Shown in pieces: positions 10,826 to 19,851 of a DNA stretch of 32,000 nt. Source of the DNA: an uncultured archaeon (GTDB lineage: Archaea > Asgardarchaeota > Jordiarchaeia > Jordiarchaeales > Jordiarchaeaceae); NCBI GenBank assembly GCA_964510585.1, contig CAZECW010000114.1, positions 5,746-37,745 on the forward strand, given 5' to 3'. The position numbers were made by a program, and so were the translations under genes. The notes beneath the pieces were generated by a model, which was not told the DNA's origin, made no database searches, and worked only from the letters and a program-made list of their open reading frames with translations. Each line of letters begins with the position of its first letter. The stretch's first letter is position 1.

Positions 10826-10862
10826 TTTCCTTTTTTCCTACCTTTTCATTTTTTTCTGTTTC
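10826..10862 (+). terminator. T-tract terminator region between convergent genes
   Basis: Pyrimidine/T runs (tttccttttttcctaccttttcatttttttctgttt) downstream of the TPP gene. A-runs near 10795-10805 read as T-runs on the minus strand. Confidence 0.45.
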
Positions 10863-10911
10863 TTACTGCAACTTTGTGGATCTTCAAGGGGTATTTGGTT
10901 AGTTTTTTTCA

Positions 10912-11997
10912 TTATTTGATTTCGTCTGGGCTTACTTCTTTGTGGGTTTCTGCGGATTTTAGGGCTGCGAGGGCGAATTGGAGAACCTTTTTTCCCTCCT
11001 CACCGGATAGTATTGGTTCCTTGTCCTCTAATATGGCATCGATAAAGTGGAGGGTGGAGTCAATGAAGCTGTCCGCCCAATCGCATCGAAGATTCTCAAA
11101 GCACGTCAATTCTCCATCTTTATACATTATGACTGAGGGAATATCGAGCAGTTGTCCAGTGCACTGGTTTATCCAGATATAACCTTTTGTACCTGTGATT
11201 TCCACCCTCTCGTCAGTGCCATAATATTTGGATTTAATTTTCATTTCTGGAGCGAAGGATGTGTCCCATACTCCCAATTTTCCGGGAGACTTGTACTTCC
11301 ACATAATTATAGCTGGAGAGTCAAGACATAAGCCAGGCCCCAGCTCTGTAGTTTCAATCCAAGCAAATACTTTGTCCACATCTCCCATAAAGTAGCGTGC
11401 AATGGAAAACTTGTGATAGCCGTCATCCCAAATGGTGGGTCCCCCACCACACTGTTCCGGCGTAAAACGCCACATCCAAGCCTCCAAGGGCACCTCCCAG
11501 CCACACTCCACGGAGCCCGAAGTCATCTTGATTCGAATCATGTGTGGGTTTCCAATTTCTCCAGCATCCATTAGCTCCTTTGCCTTGCGGTAAGGTGGAT
11601 AGAAGATGAAGTTTTCATAAACCTTAAACTTGACTCCCGCCTTTCTGGCGGCGCTTATCATCTCATCCATTTCCTTCACATTCATGGCGGGTGGTTTCTG
11701 AACCGAAACATGCTTACCAGCCTCAGCTGCGGCGACAGCAACCTCTTTGTGCAAATAGTGGGGAAGCAGTATCTCCACCATATCTACCTGTTCGTCCTTG
11801 AGTAAATCCTTGTAATCCCTGTAAATTTTAGCTTCGGATAAACCATACTCTTTAGCCTTCTTTTTTGCTCTCACTCCTCTCGAATCACAAAGAGCCACAA
11901 TCTTAGCCTTATCGGTCTGTAGATAGCCGAGAACATTAAGGTCGAAAATCCGACCACACCCAATAATTCCGACACCCAGAGGCTTCAACTTTAACAC
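10912..11997 (-). CDS. Gfo/Idh/MocA family NAD(P)-dependent oxidoreductase
   Basis: GIIGCGRI Rossmann motif, PHYLH, GKHVSVQKP, DDGYH. The start could also be TTG at 11988. Confidence 0.92.
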   Translation of the reverse strand: MLKLKPLGVGIIGCGRIFDLNVLGYLQTDKAKIVALCDSRGVRAKKKAKEYGLSEAKIYRDYKDLLKDEQVDMVEILLPHYLHKEVAVAAAEAGKHVSVQKPPAMNVKEMDEMISAARKAGVKFKVYENFIFYPPYRKAKELMDAGEIGNPHMIRIKMTSGSVECGWEVPLEAWMWRFTPEQCGGGPTIWDDGYHKFSIARYFMGDVDKVFAWIETTELGPGLCLDSPAIIMWKYKSPGKLGVWDTSFAPEMKIKSKYYGTDERVEITGTKGYIWINQCTGQLLDIPSVIMYKDGELTCFENLRCDWADSFIDSTLHFIDAILEDKEPILSGEEGKKVLQFALAALKSAETHKEVSPDEIK

Positions 11998-12139
11998 CTT
12001 ACAAATGCAAATTTCAAAAAAGACTAACCTGTTTTAGAAAACCAGCATTTAATCCAAGTTTTTAAATTAAAATTCAGCCAGTTCTCTTATATAAATTTAA
12101 GGAGCAGTGATTAAGAATGCCATAGAAGAGGATAAATTT

Positions 12140-12433
12140 TTACCCTCCAGCAAAGGCCATAGTCAACTCTACCTTGGAGCCCTCCTTAAGTTTTACCCTG
12201 TCATAGCCACCTTGCTCTACAGGGTCCTCGCCGTCAACAACCACCATAACTAGGGGTTTAAGCTCATTCTCATTCTTATCCCAAAGCTTATCATACAATC
12301 CGTCCCCCTCATGCTTGTTAACAATTAGATTCATCAAATCTTTGAGAGAAGAACCATGCGGTAAGTCATACTCTTCCAAAGAAGTGCCAGCAAGCTCCTT
12401 AATCACACCATAGTACTTGACGATAACCCTCAT
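12140..12433 (-). CDS. MoaD/ThiS (SAMP-like) ubiquitin-fold sulfur carrier
   Basis: MRVIVKYYG...C-terminal AFAGG di-glycine. ATG 12433 follows GAGGTGG. Lies downstream of AOR. Confidence 0.9.
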   Translation of the reverse strand: MRVIVKYYGVIKELAGTSLEEYDLPHGSSLKDLMNLIVNKHEGDGLYDKLWDKNENELKPLVMVVVDGEDPVEQGGYDRVKLKEGSKVELTMAFAGG

Positions 12434-12595
12434 GAAACCACCTCGGAAGCCCATAGGCCAAGCAAAGCACCCAGCAAGTTCAACTAATCGAAAAAGGGTA
12501 TTTTAGCCTTTTGGAATATATTGTCAGGAAATATACCTAAGAAAAAACAGTCAATCAAAAAATAAAGTGGTGAGGTATATTCAGTTCAAATAGCT

Positions 12596-14449
12596 TTATG
12601 CGCCCCACAGATCTTTTGCTACGTCGGGCAAACCGATAATTATTAAGCGATCCTTGGTAGGAATCGCGTCCTCGGTCCATCCGCGGAATGCATAGTAGTC
12701 CTTCATCATCACATCCATTGGAGGAACCCTACCCTTCTGGCCACCCTCTTTGGTAGGCGTCAGAAGTCTCGGGGGAAGCCTATTGTCCTTAGCAGACATA
12801 CCGGCACGGACACAGTAAGCCCATTTAAGGTTAAACAGGCGGTCGGCGGTAATATTCAGTGTCAGCTCATCAATATTCCAACCACAACAATTTCTGAAGG
12901 CCTCCAAGAAGGTCGGCGTACTCATTGCGGTTCCGCCAAACATGCAAATGACTCCCGCTGCCAGTACCGCGAAAACGTCTTGCATGACTGCAGTGAGTGT
13001 ACCCTTTCCGGTGGGGTCAAATCTTCCGGTTCTTTTGGTTATACCTGCGGGTGGTTGTAGTAGTCCCATATCTGCTATGGAGGGATAACCCGTTACGTGG
13101 CATGCACCTCGGGGTGCGGTGGCATACTCTACTCCCATGCTGTAGAATGCTCGGGGGTCATGCATTGGGGCTTCGAGTCCTTTGACTGTTGTTAGAAATT
13201 CGTGTCCTTTACCCAGCTTGTCGGCTGCTGCTTGTGAGCCGTCTGCCAATAGTTGTCCCGCTTTTCCTTCTCTTCTAACGATTTTTTCTGTGAGTCTTAC
13301 TACTGCGTCAGCGTTTCCCCATGCTAGTTCTATTCCGTCTATGTCGTTCTTTTTTATTATTCCCTTTTCGTAGGCTTCTATGGCCCAGGCTACTGTGGCT
13401 CCCGTGGATATAGTGTCCACTCCATAGTCGTTGCAGAGATAGTTAACCCAAGATATTGCTTCAAGATTATCTACAAGTAGTAATGAGCCGAATGTTCCGC
13501 ATGTCTCGTATTCTGGTCCCGGTCCCTCGTATTTGTAGGGTCCTTTTTTGATTTCCACCCATCTACCGCACCTTATGGGGCAGTTGTAGCAGGCAGTTTG
13601 TTTTTTGAGTATAGTTTTGTACATAGCTCCGCCGCCGATTCTGTCCGTCCCATCCCATTCTCCTAGTTGCCAGTTTTTGATGGGTATGTCTCCGAGGGGC
13701 TTCATAGAATCCATGAAGTATTCGGTTCCATATTTTCCCAGTCCTAGTGCGACCATTGGGTTGATTTCTATCCAGTGGGTGTACTTTTTAATTTGTTCTT
13801 TTACTGCGTCGGGGTTTGCCCACTTTATGTCTCCTGTTCCTTTAATGGCTATGGCTTTGAAATTTTTGCTTCCCATCACTGCTCCAGCTCCTCCTCTCCC
13901 TAAGGCACGGGCTTCATCGTTTATTATGCAGGCTAGTTTAGATTTCTTCTCGCCAGCAGGTCCTATACACAGAACTCTGGCTTTTTTCTCGCCGATTTCT
14001 TCTCTTATCATTTCTTGGGTCTTAAATGTGCCTTGTCCCCATATTTTTGAAGCGTCTCTCAGCTCGTATTTGTTGTCTTTTACTGAGAGGTATACTGGTT
14101 TCTCTGATTTTCCTTCGATGACTATTCCATCGTATCCCGCTCTCTTCATTTCAAAGGCGAAGTATCCGCCAGAGTTTGCTTCTCCATACCCGTGGGATAT
14201 GGGAGATTTGAATACTACGGTGAATCTTGAGCTACAGGGCAAGCCTCCCGATAGGGGTCCGGTGAAGAAGTAGAGTTTGTTTTTTTCGTCGAACTCATCT
14301 ATTTTTGGAGGAACCTCATCGTAGAGTAGACGCGCCCCAAATCCGCTGCCCCCAATCCATGTTTTAGCCCATTGCTCATCTATAGGTACCTCTTTTATTT
14401 TTCCCTCTGTTAGGTTCACTCTTAAGTATTTACCCATCCATCCAAACAT
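12596..14449 (-). CDS. aor: Tungsten-type aldehyde:ferredoxin oxidoreductase (AOR family)
   Basis: GWMGKYLRVNL, GRGGAGAVMGSKN, CYNCPIRC, GPEYET, NDYGVDTIS. ATG 14449 follows GAGGTGA. Confidence 0.93.
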   Translation of the reverse strand: MFGWMGKYLRVNLTEGKIKEVPIDEQWAKTWIGGSGFGARLLYDEVPPKIDEFDEKNKLYFFTGPLSGGLPCSSRFTVVFKSPISHGYGEANSGGYFAFEMKRAGYDGIVIEGKSEKPVYLSVKDNKYELRDASKIWGQGTFKTQEMIREEIGEKKARVLCIGPAGEKKSKLACIINDEARALGRGGAGAVMGSKNFKAIAIKGTGDIKWANPDAVKEQIKKYTHWIEINPMVALGLGKYGTEYFMDSMKPLGDIPIKNWQLGEWDGTDRIGGGAMYKTILKKQTACYNCPIRCGRWVEIKKGPYKYEGPGPEYETCGTFGSLLLVDNLEAISWVNYLCNDYGVDTISTGATVAWAIEAYEKGIIKKNDIDGIELAWGNADAVVRLTEKIVRREGKAGQLLADGSQAAADKLGKGHEFLTTVKGLEAPMHDPRAFYSMGVEYATAPRGACHVTGYPSIADMGLLQPPAGITKRTGRFDPTGKGTLTAVMQDVFAVLAAGVICMFGGTAMSTPTFLEAFRNCCGWNIDELTLNITADRLFNLKWAYCVRAGMSAKDNRLPPRLLTPTKEGGQKGRVPPMDVMMKDYYAFRGWTEDAIPTKDRLIIIGLPDVAKDLWGA

Positions 14450-14454
14450 TTCGC

Positions 14455-15780
14455 TCACCTCACTTTTTGTAAGTCTGGGTGTTCGACTCGTTTGAATCCC
14501 TCTTTGGGAACGGGGTGTATCTTCTTATAGAATTTCCTCAGAGTGGAGCCTGCGGTCTGCTGGTACAGGAAGGTTGATAACGCTGACTCCATGGGTTCAA
14601 CAGTTTTCAGCACGTAATCCTTACTGCCTAAACCTATCTCCTGCCCCACATTACACTGTATGTCTTCACTTACACCCATGAAGGAACCTGCAGCACTAAA
14701 CTTTGGCAAACCCGGAGCTGCTACGAATTTTTGTTCAGCAGCTGACCCCGGCATTCCCACTGATTTTATAGCCATATCTAAGCAGGCTCTATCTATAGCC
14801 ACAGGATCTTTGCCAGCAAAGATTCCCATGTTTGGAATAATGGGGCGGTCGGAGTATGGGATGCAGTCGCACCAAGGAGTGCTATCTATCGCAAAGTTTA
14901 TGAATCCCACTTTCCCAGGCTCGAAAGTTTTCATACAGGCGAGTGCCGAATCAGCTATCGCAACGGAGCTCGCTTCAAGGGTGTCTAGTACTTCCAAGGT
15001 TGCGAAAACACCACAATCCAAAGTCATAAATAAGTGAGCTAAACAACCCTTGCAAAGTTCCCGATTAAATTGAATTGGCCCATCTTCAGGAACAGAAAGT
15101 GCACCTTCAGGGCAGCAGGAGATGCATGTCTCCCACTTTGCGCATTTCCTACCATCACAGTATTGTGGGAAGTAACTTAACGCCTGCAAACCTAGTACGG
15201 GGTGAACTCCTAAGTGTAGATTGTATTTCCCTCTCTTAGATGCACACCCTACACCAATGTTTTTAATAGATCCTCCAAATACTCCCATCGGGTGCCCTTT
15301 AAAGTGGGTTAGTACTATCATGGCGTCTGCACATGCTATTGCAGTTGCGATATATTGTTCTTTGAGTATGTATCCCTCTGGTAGGTCTACTCGGACATCG
15401 TCTGTTCCTAGGAAGCCGTCTCCTATTATCACTGGGCATCCTACTGTTCCTGAGTTGAAACCGTTTCTCTCTATGGTCATGTACTCGTCCCATGCGTTTG
15501 TTCGGAACACGTAGGGAGCGTAGGGTAGAGTGGTTGTATCAACAACGAAGGGCCTTCCTCCCAGTTCTTTCACTTTATCTGCAATTGCCCTCACATAGAC
15601 TGGTCGGAGGTAGGCGGTGTTGTTCCATTCACCCATATGTACTTTTATTGCTACATAATCGCCTTTATCTATGCACTCGTTTAGCTTGGCCTGATCGAAT
15701 AGGTGGAGTGCCTTCGCTACTAGACTGGTTGCTGTGCTTTCACTCCTGTCATCCATATAAAAAACTTCAGATTTTGCCAT
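14455..15780 (-). CDS. DUF362 family Fe-S protein with a ferredoxin-like insert
   Basis: IKVHMGE...YLRP, THFKGH, GGSIKNIGVGC, PWCDC, DPVAIDRAC, plus a Cys cluster CDGRKC...CISCCP...CKGC. Stop lies 5 nt from the AOR start. Confidence 0.85.
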   Translation of the reverse strand: MAKSEVFYMDDRSESTATSLVAKALHLFDQAKLNECIDKGDYVAIKVHMGEWNNTAYLRPVYVRAIADKVKELGGRPFVVDTTTLPYAPYVFRTNAWDEYMTIERNGFNSGTVGCPVIIGDGFLGTDDVRVDLPEGYILKEQYIATAIACADAMIVLTHFKGHPMGVFGGSIKNIGVGCASKRGKYNLHLGVHPVLGLQALSYFPQYCDGRKCAKWETCISCCPEGALSVPEDGPIQFNRELCKGCLAHLFMTLDCGVFATLEVLDTLEASSVAIADSALACMKTFEPGKVGFINFAIDSTPWCDCIPYSDRPIIPNMGIFAGKDPVAIDRACLDMAIKSVGMPGSAAEQKFVAAPGLPKFSAAGSFMGVSEDIQCNVGQEIGLGSKDYVLKTVEPMESALSTFLYQQTAGSTLRKFYKKIHPVPKEGFKRVEHPDLQKVR

Positions 15781-16139
15781 CTTTCTCCTCCTATCTAATA
15801 TTTTTGAATAATTATTTTTGGGTGTATGTTCTTAAAATTATTTTCGCTTCATTTCAAAATTTTAAGAATTTTTCAACATTTGCCGTATCTATGCTGGAAC
15901 AAAATAGTAATTATGAATATAATTTTGTTCTTATCATTATATTATATTTTTCTATATTAAAGGCAAAAGCAAGCTGGTTGCCCATAGTTTGAGAGTTTTT
16001 AGTGGGAACATATGCGAAGAAGCATTTTAGGTTCAATGAAATATTTTCGGTTCTTTTCATCCCTTTTTTGACAAGATTTATATTCTATGGTGTTGGATTC
16101 TTAATTTTTAAGGAGTATTGTTGGTTTGGAGTTGGTTTG

Positions 16140-16544
16140 ATGGTTAAGTTTCCTAGCGACGATTGGGCAAAAGCTTATATGAAGGCTTTAAACGAAAATA
16201 GGGCTTATGAGGATGCTGCTTTGGACTGGGAAGGTGACTTTCTCTTTGTTATAGATCCTGATGACAAGTTAAAGCAGAGGACAGCCATATACCTTGATCT
16301 TCATCATGGGAAGTGTAGGGAAGCTTATGTTTTGAAGCCCGGTGAGGAGAAAAAGACAAGCTTTGTCATTGAGGCTCCCTACGGTGTTTGGGTTAGAGTG
16401 ATTAAGAAGGAACTGGATGCAATTCGGGGATTGATGACTGGTAAGTTAAAGTTGAAGGGAGATATGGCTAAGGTAATGCGGTACACTAAGGCAGCGCAGG
16501 AGATGGTTAACACCACAACTGCGATTCAGAGTGAGTTTCTCTAA
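16140..16544 (+). CDS. SCP2 (sterol carrier protein 2) lipid-binding domain protein
   Basis: MVKFPSDDWAKAY...LDLHHGKC...GLMTGKLKLKGDMAKVMR. The N-terminal 46 codons in the ORF track look non-coding, so ATG 16140 is taken as the start. Confidence 0.85.
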   Translation: MVKFPSDDWAKAYMKALNENRAYEDAALDWEGDFLFVIDPDDKLKQRTAIYLDLHHGKCREAYVLKPGEEKKTSFVIEAPYGVWVRVIKKELDAIRGLMTGKLKLKGDMAKVMRYTKAAQEMVNTTTAIQSEFL

Positions 16545-16572
16545 ATCTTTTTTTATTATTTTTGGGCGGGTG

Positions 16573-17742
16573 ATGGCTTTGTGGTTTTTTATCGGACCCA
16601 AAGTGGTTTTTGGAGAAGACGCTTTGGATTATTTGGAGCAGATTCAGGGCAGTAAGGCGCTTATAGTTACGGATAGAGTTATAGCGGATTTGGGGATTGT
16701 TGACAGGGTTAGGGAAAAGTTGAAGACTGCAGGTATAGAGTGTGAGGTTTTTGATGAGGTGGAGCCGGATCCTTCAGATACTACGGTGTTTAAAATTTTA
16801 GATAGGCTGAAGGATTACGAGCCGGATTGGATAGTGGGCTTGGGTGGCGGCTCCAGCATGGACGCTGCCAAAACTGCTTGGGTATTGTGGGAGAATCCGG
16901 AAAAGAGATTAGAAGACATTAACGCCTTTACTCCAGTGAGCGTTAATCAGAAGGCGCGGCTCATTACTATTACGACTACTAGTGGTACGGGTTCTGAGGT
17001 TACTTGGGCTACGGTGGTTACTGATACAAGGGAGCATAGGAAGATGATATTGATGGCGAAGGAGATTGTTCCCTTTGCGGCGATTGTTGATCCCAAACTT
17101 ACACTTAGTATGCCTCCCAGATTGACTGCGGTTACTGGTCTGGATGCTCTGACCCATGTGGTGGAGAGTTACATTAATTCTTGGAAGAACGATTTTTCCG
17201 ATGCCTTTGCTATGAAGGCTATCCAGTTTATTTTTGAGTATCTTCCCAGGGCTTACAAGAATGGTGAAGATATGGAGGCCCGCACCAAGATGGCGAACGC
17301 AGCAACTATGGCTGGCTTATCCTTTGGAAATGCTTCTGTGGGCATCGCACATGGGGTGGCTCACTCTGTAGGAGCGGTGTTTGGTTTACCTCACGGCTTA
17401 GTTTGCGGCGTTGCTCTACCCTATGTTATTGAGTATAATATTCCCACCTCTGCAAAGTACTTGGCTGAACTAGCGGAACTTATTGGGATTAGGGAGAGGG
17501 ATGAGAGGAGGGCGGCGAAGGCTCTGGCTGAAAGGACAAGGAAACTTTTGAGGGAGATTGAAATTCCCCTGTGTTTGAAGGATTTGGGTATCGGGGAGAA
17601 GGAGTTTAGAGAAAATTTTGAACGCTTGGTCAGGCTGACAATTCAGGACGCTTCAAGCACACTGAATCCCAGAACATTTACCAGAGAGGATATAGAGAAA
17701 ATCTATGAATGTATTTATTATGGTAGAGAGGTTGATTTCTAA
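16573..17742 (+). CDS. Iron-containing alcohol dehydrogenase
   Basis: GLGGGSSMDAAK, TTSGTGSEVT, DALTHVVE, GIAHGVAH, HGLVC. ATG 16573 follows GGGTGA. Confidence 0.93.
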   Translation: MALWFFIGPKVVFGEDALDYLEQIQGSKALIVTDRVIADLGIVDRVREKLKTAGIECEVFDEVEPDPSDTTVFKILDRLKDYEPDWIVGLGGGSSMDAAKTAWVLWENPEKRLEDINAFTPVSVNQKARLITITTTSGTGSEVTWATVVTDTREHRKMILMAKEIVPFAAIVDPKLTLSMPPRLTAVTGLDALTHVVESYINSWKNDFSDAFAMKAIQFIFEYLPRAYKNGEDMEARTKMANAATMAGLSFGNASVGIAHGVAHSVGAVFGLPHGLVCGVALPYVIEYNIPTSAKYLAELAELIGIRERDERRAAKALAERTRKLLREIEIPLCLKDLGIGEKEFRENFERLVRLTIQDASSTLNPRTFTREDIEKIYECIYYGREVDF

Positions 17743-17747
17743 AGAGG

Positions 17748-18635
17748 TTATATGCAGCGGTATAGTTGAATGAGGGGAGTTACATCGTTTATGGCGGCTT
17801 CGAGGCTTATGGAAGCGTATTGGTCTATATGATATTTTCCCCCTTCTTCTTTTAGTATGCGGTGTTTGACCAGTATTTCTAGGGTTTCTATTAGGCGTTC
17901 CTGGGGATTAAAGTTTTTAATTTGGTTCACGGTTTGGTTCTGCAAAATTTGGAGCGTGGTCACTTCTAGTTTTTTCTGGCGTATTTCTCTTAGTGCGGAT
18001 ACAATGTTTTTGGGGGGCGGTATTCCCACTTTCCAGATGAGTGTTTCTCTCCCCAGTCCTTGGAGGTTTATTATTTTGTTGTCGTGGAGCTGTTTTATGA
18101 TTAGTTTGGGGTTGTTAGAAAAGTTTTGTGTGATTTTTATAATTTCTTCCTTATTTACAAGTGGGGGGGAGTGAAGTATGGCGTCGAATAGTTTTCTGGT
18201 TTCTCTCCAGTCTTGGTGTGTTCCCTCAAGGGGGAGGGGACTGTACTTTAGCACGGAGAGTCTTCCGTCTTTCTCCAGGATGGGGGATAGTTCCTTTTCG
18301 ACTTTTTGGATGAGTGTTTTGAGGCAACCGTTACCGTTTGGTGTTAGTCCAGTTATTTCCGTTACCAGTTCGGGTAGTTCTGCAGGTATGCTGAGCAGTC
18401 TTGTGGCTCGAGCGATGATTGATTCTATTCCCCGGGAGTAGAAAACATCTATGAGTTTCCTTATCTGCTGGGTGGGCAGGATGGGCTTTTTCTCACAGAA
18501 TTTTTTTATGCACTGGTCAATGAATTTTCTTCGGAGTTCCTGCCCTACCTCCAGTGATGGGAAAAGTGTGGTGAATGATACCGCATCCCTATTCGCTCGG
18601 ATAAAGCCCATCGAATCCGAGTGTTTGTTGTTCAA
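17748..18635 (-). CDS. Hypothetical protein (295 aa), third gene of the herA-nurA operon, possible C-terminal winged-helix repeats
   Basis: TTG start 1 nt after the nurA stop, with GGGGGG upstream. Segments PKLIIKQLHDNKII and LIETLEILVKHRILKEEGGKYHI resemble wHTH recognition helix plus wing. Confidence 0.75.
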   Translation of the reverse strand: MNNKHSDSMGFIRANRDAVSFTTLFPSLEVGQELRRKFIDQCIKKFCEKKPILPTQQIRKLIDVFYSRGIESIIARATRLLSIPAELPELVTEITGLTPNGNGCLKTLIQKVEKELSPILEKDGRLSVLKYSPLPLEGTHQDWRETRKLFDAILHSPPLVNKEEIIKITQNFSNNPKLIIKQLHDNKIINLQGLGRETLIWKVGIPPPKNIVSALREIRQKKLEVTTLQILQNQTVNQIKNFNPQERLIETLEILVKHRILKEEGGKYHIDQYASISLEAAINDVTPLIQLYRCI

Positions 18636-18636
18636 A

Positions 18637-19851
18637 TCAAACCCCCCTAGGCTTGCTTACCTTCCAAATCACCTCTAATCCATGTTTTGGTTTAAAAAGG
18701 CGATAAAACTTTTTGGGAGAAATTTTATTCTGCCGGGCTATTTTGACAATCTTGGCTAACAACTCGTCCGCAAGAAAGTTGGGTAAATCTGTCTCTATGA
18801 GACTGAACGCATGGGCAAACTCAAGCGACCAAGGTACATTGTTCAGGTTGCTTGCCTGGTAATAAATTGCGGAACACACATATTCGAGTTGCTTTTCGCT
18901 TTCCGCTATATCCTTGTGTAACTCTACTCTGATGGGGAGAGCTTCTGGGTGGGGCTTTATGTAGAAGAACTTTTGTTGGGAAAGAAATTTGGAGTAACGT
19001 TCGCCGAATATTTTCCTATTCGCCAGAGTTGTCCACAGATCACTTGTTTGGGGAACTGTGATGTTTAGCTCATCCCGATTACCCGGTCGGAGAAGGGAGT
19101 CCAAAAGGTTGGCATCATTTATTCGGCCATAAACTCCACTTAACCAGTAGGAAACGTTCTTGTATTTTGAAATTAGATCCATAGAGTGGGGGGACTTTAT
19201 CACAAAAGCATGGAGTGTCTCTAAGAGCTTTTCAGACAGTATATCTGCCGTGCCCTGGCTTCCATAGATTTTTTCGAAAATAATTTTGTACTCCTGCTGC
19301 ACCTCTCGACTCTGGTTACTGAAAATTTCTGATTCCCCCAGACTATAGGGCAGAAGATCATAGTGAGGAACAAAGGGGCCGTCCAGCAAAACGAGATCGC
19401 AACTGTTTCCCTCAAGTGCACGTAGACTAACAAGGCGCTCAAGATACTGTCGGGACACTGCTTGAATCCGCTCCACGTCCTCGTCTACCAGGCCCATAAC
19501 AGGTATACACTTTCCAACAATGTAGGGATTATGTGCCACGGGATTGTTACATTTGAAGGTTATTCCCGCCGCTGAAACTACAATGAGATCCAAACCCGCC
19601 CTTTGGCTTCTATTGGAGGAGCCGTCAACTGCAACTGTAACAGCATCTCGGGCTGCAGGATTGGTGTTAAGTGTTAGGGTTTCAAGCTGCTTACTCTCAC
19701 TTAGATTCTCAACTGATTCTATGAGATCCAGATACACGTCGTAGAACCGATATACTTCAGATTCGAGTATGTCCAGTGTCTGGTGGAAGATTTCTCCACC
19801 ACAATTTCCGCCGCTTTTCTCCTCTTCCAAGAATTTTAAAAGGTTGTTCAC
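18637..19851 (-). CDS. nurA: NurA-family 5'-3' nuclease
   Basis: AVDGS, LERL, LLDGP, FFYIK...PIRVE, PWSLEFAH: all canonical NurA motifs with the acidic/His catalytic residues kept. GTGA overlap with the herA stop. Confidence 0.88.
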   Translation of the reverse strand: MNNLLKFLEEEKSGGNCGGEIFHQTLDILESEVYRFYDVYLDLIESVENLSESKQLETLTLNTNPAARDAVTVAVDGSSNRSQRAGLDLIVVSAAGITFKCNNPVAHNPYIVGKCIPVMGLVDEDVERIQAVSRQYLERLVSLRALEGNSCDLVLLDGPFVPHYDLLPYSLGESEIFSNQSREVQQEYKIIFEKIYGSQGTADILSEKLLETLHAFVIKSPHSMDLISKYKNVSYWLSGVYGRINDANLLDSLLRPGNRDELNITVPQTSDLWTTLANRKIFGERYSKFLSQQKFFYIKPHPEALPIRVELHKDIAESEKQLEYVCSAIYYQASNLNNVPWSLEFAHAFSLIETDLPNFLADELLAKIVKIARQNKISPKKFYRLFKPKHGLEVIWKVSKPRGV

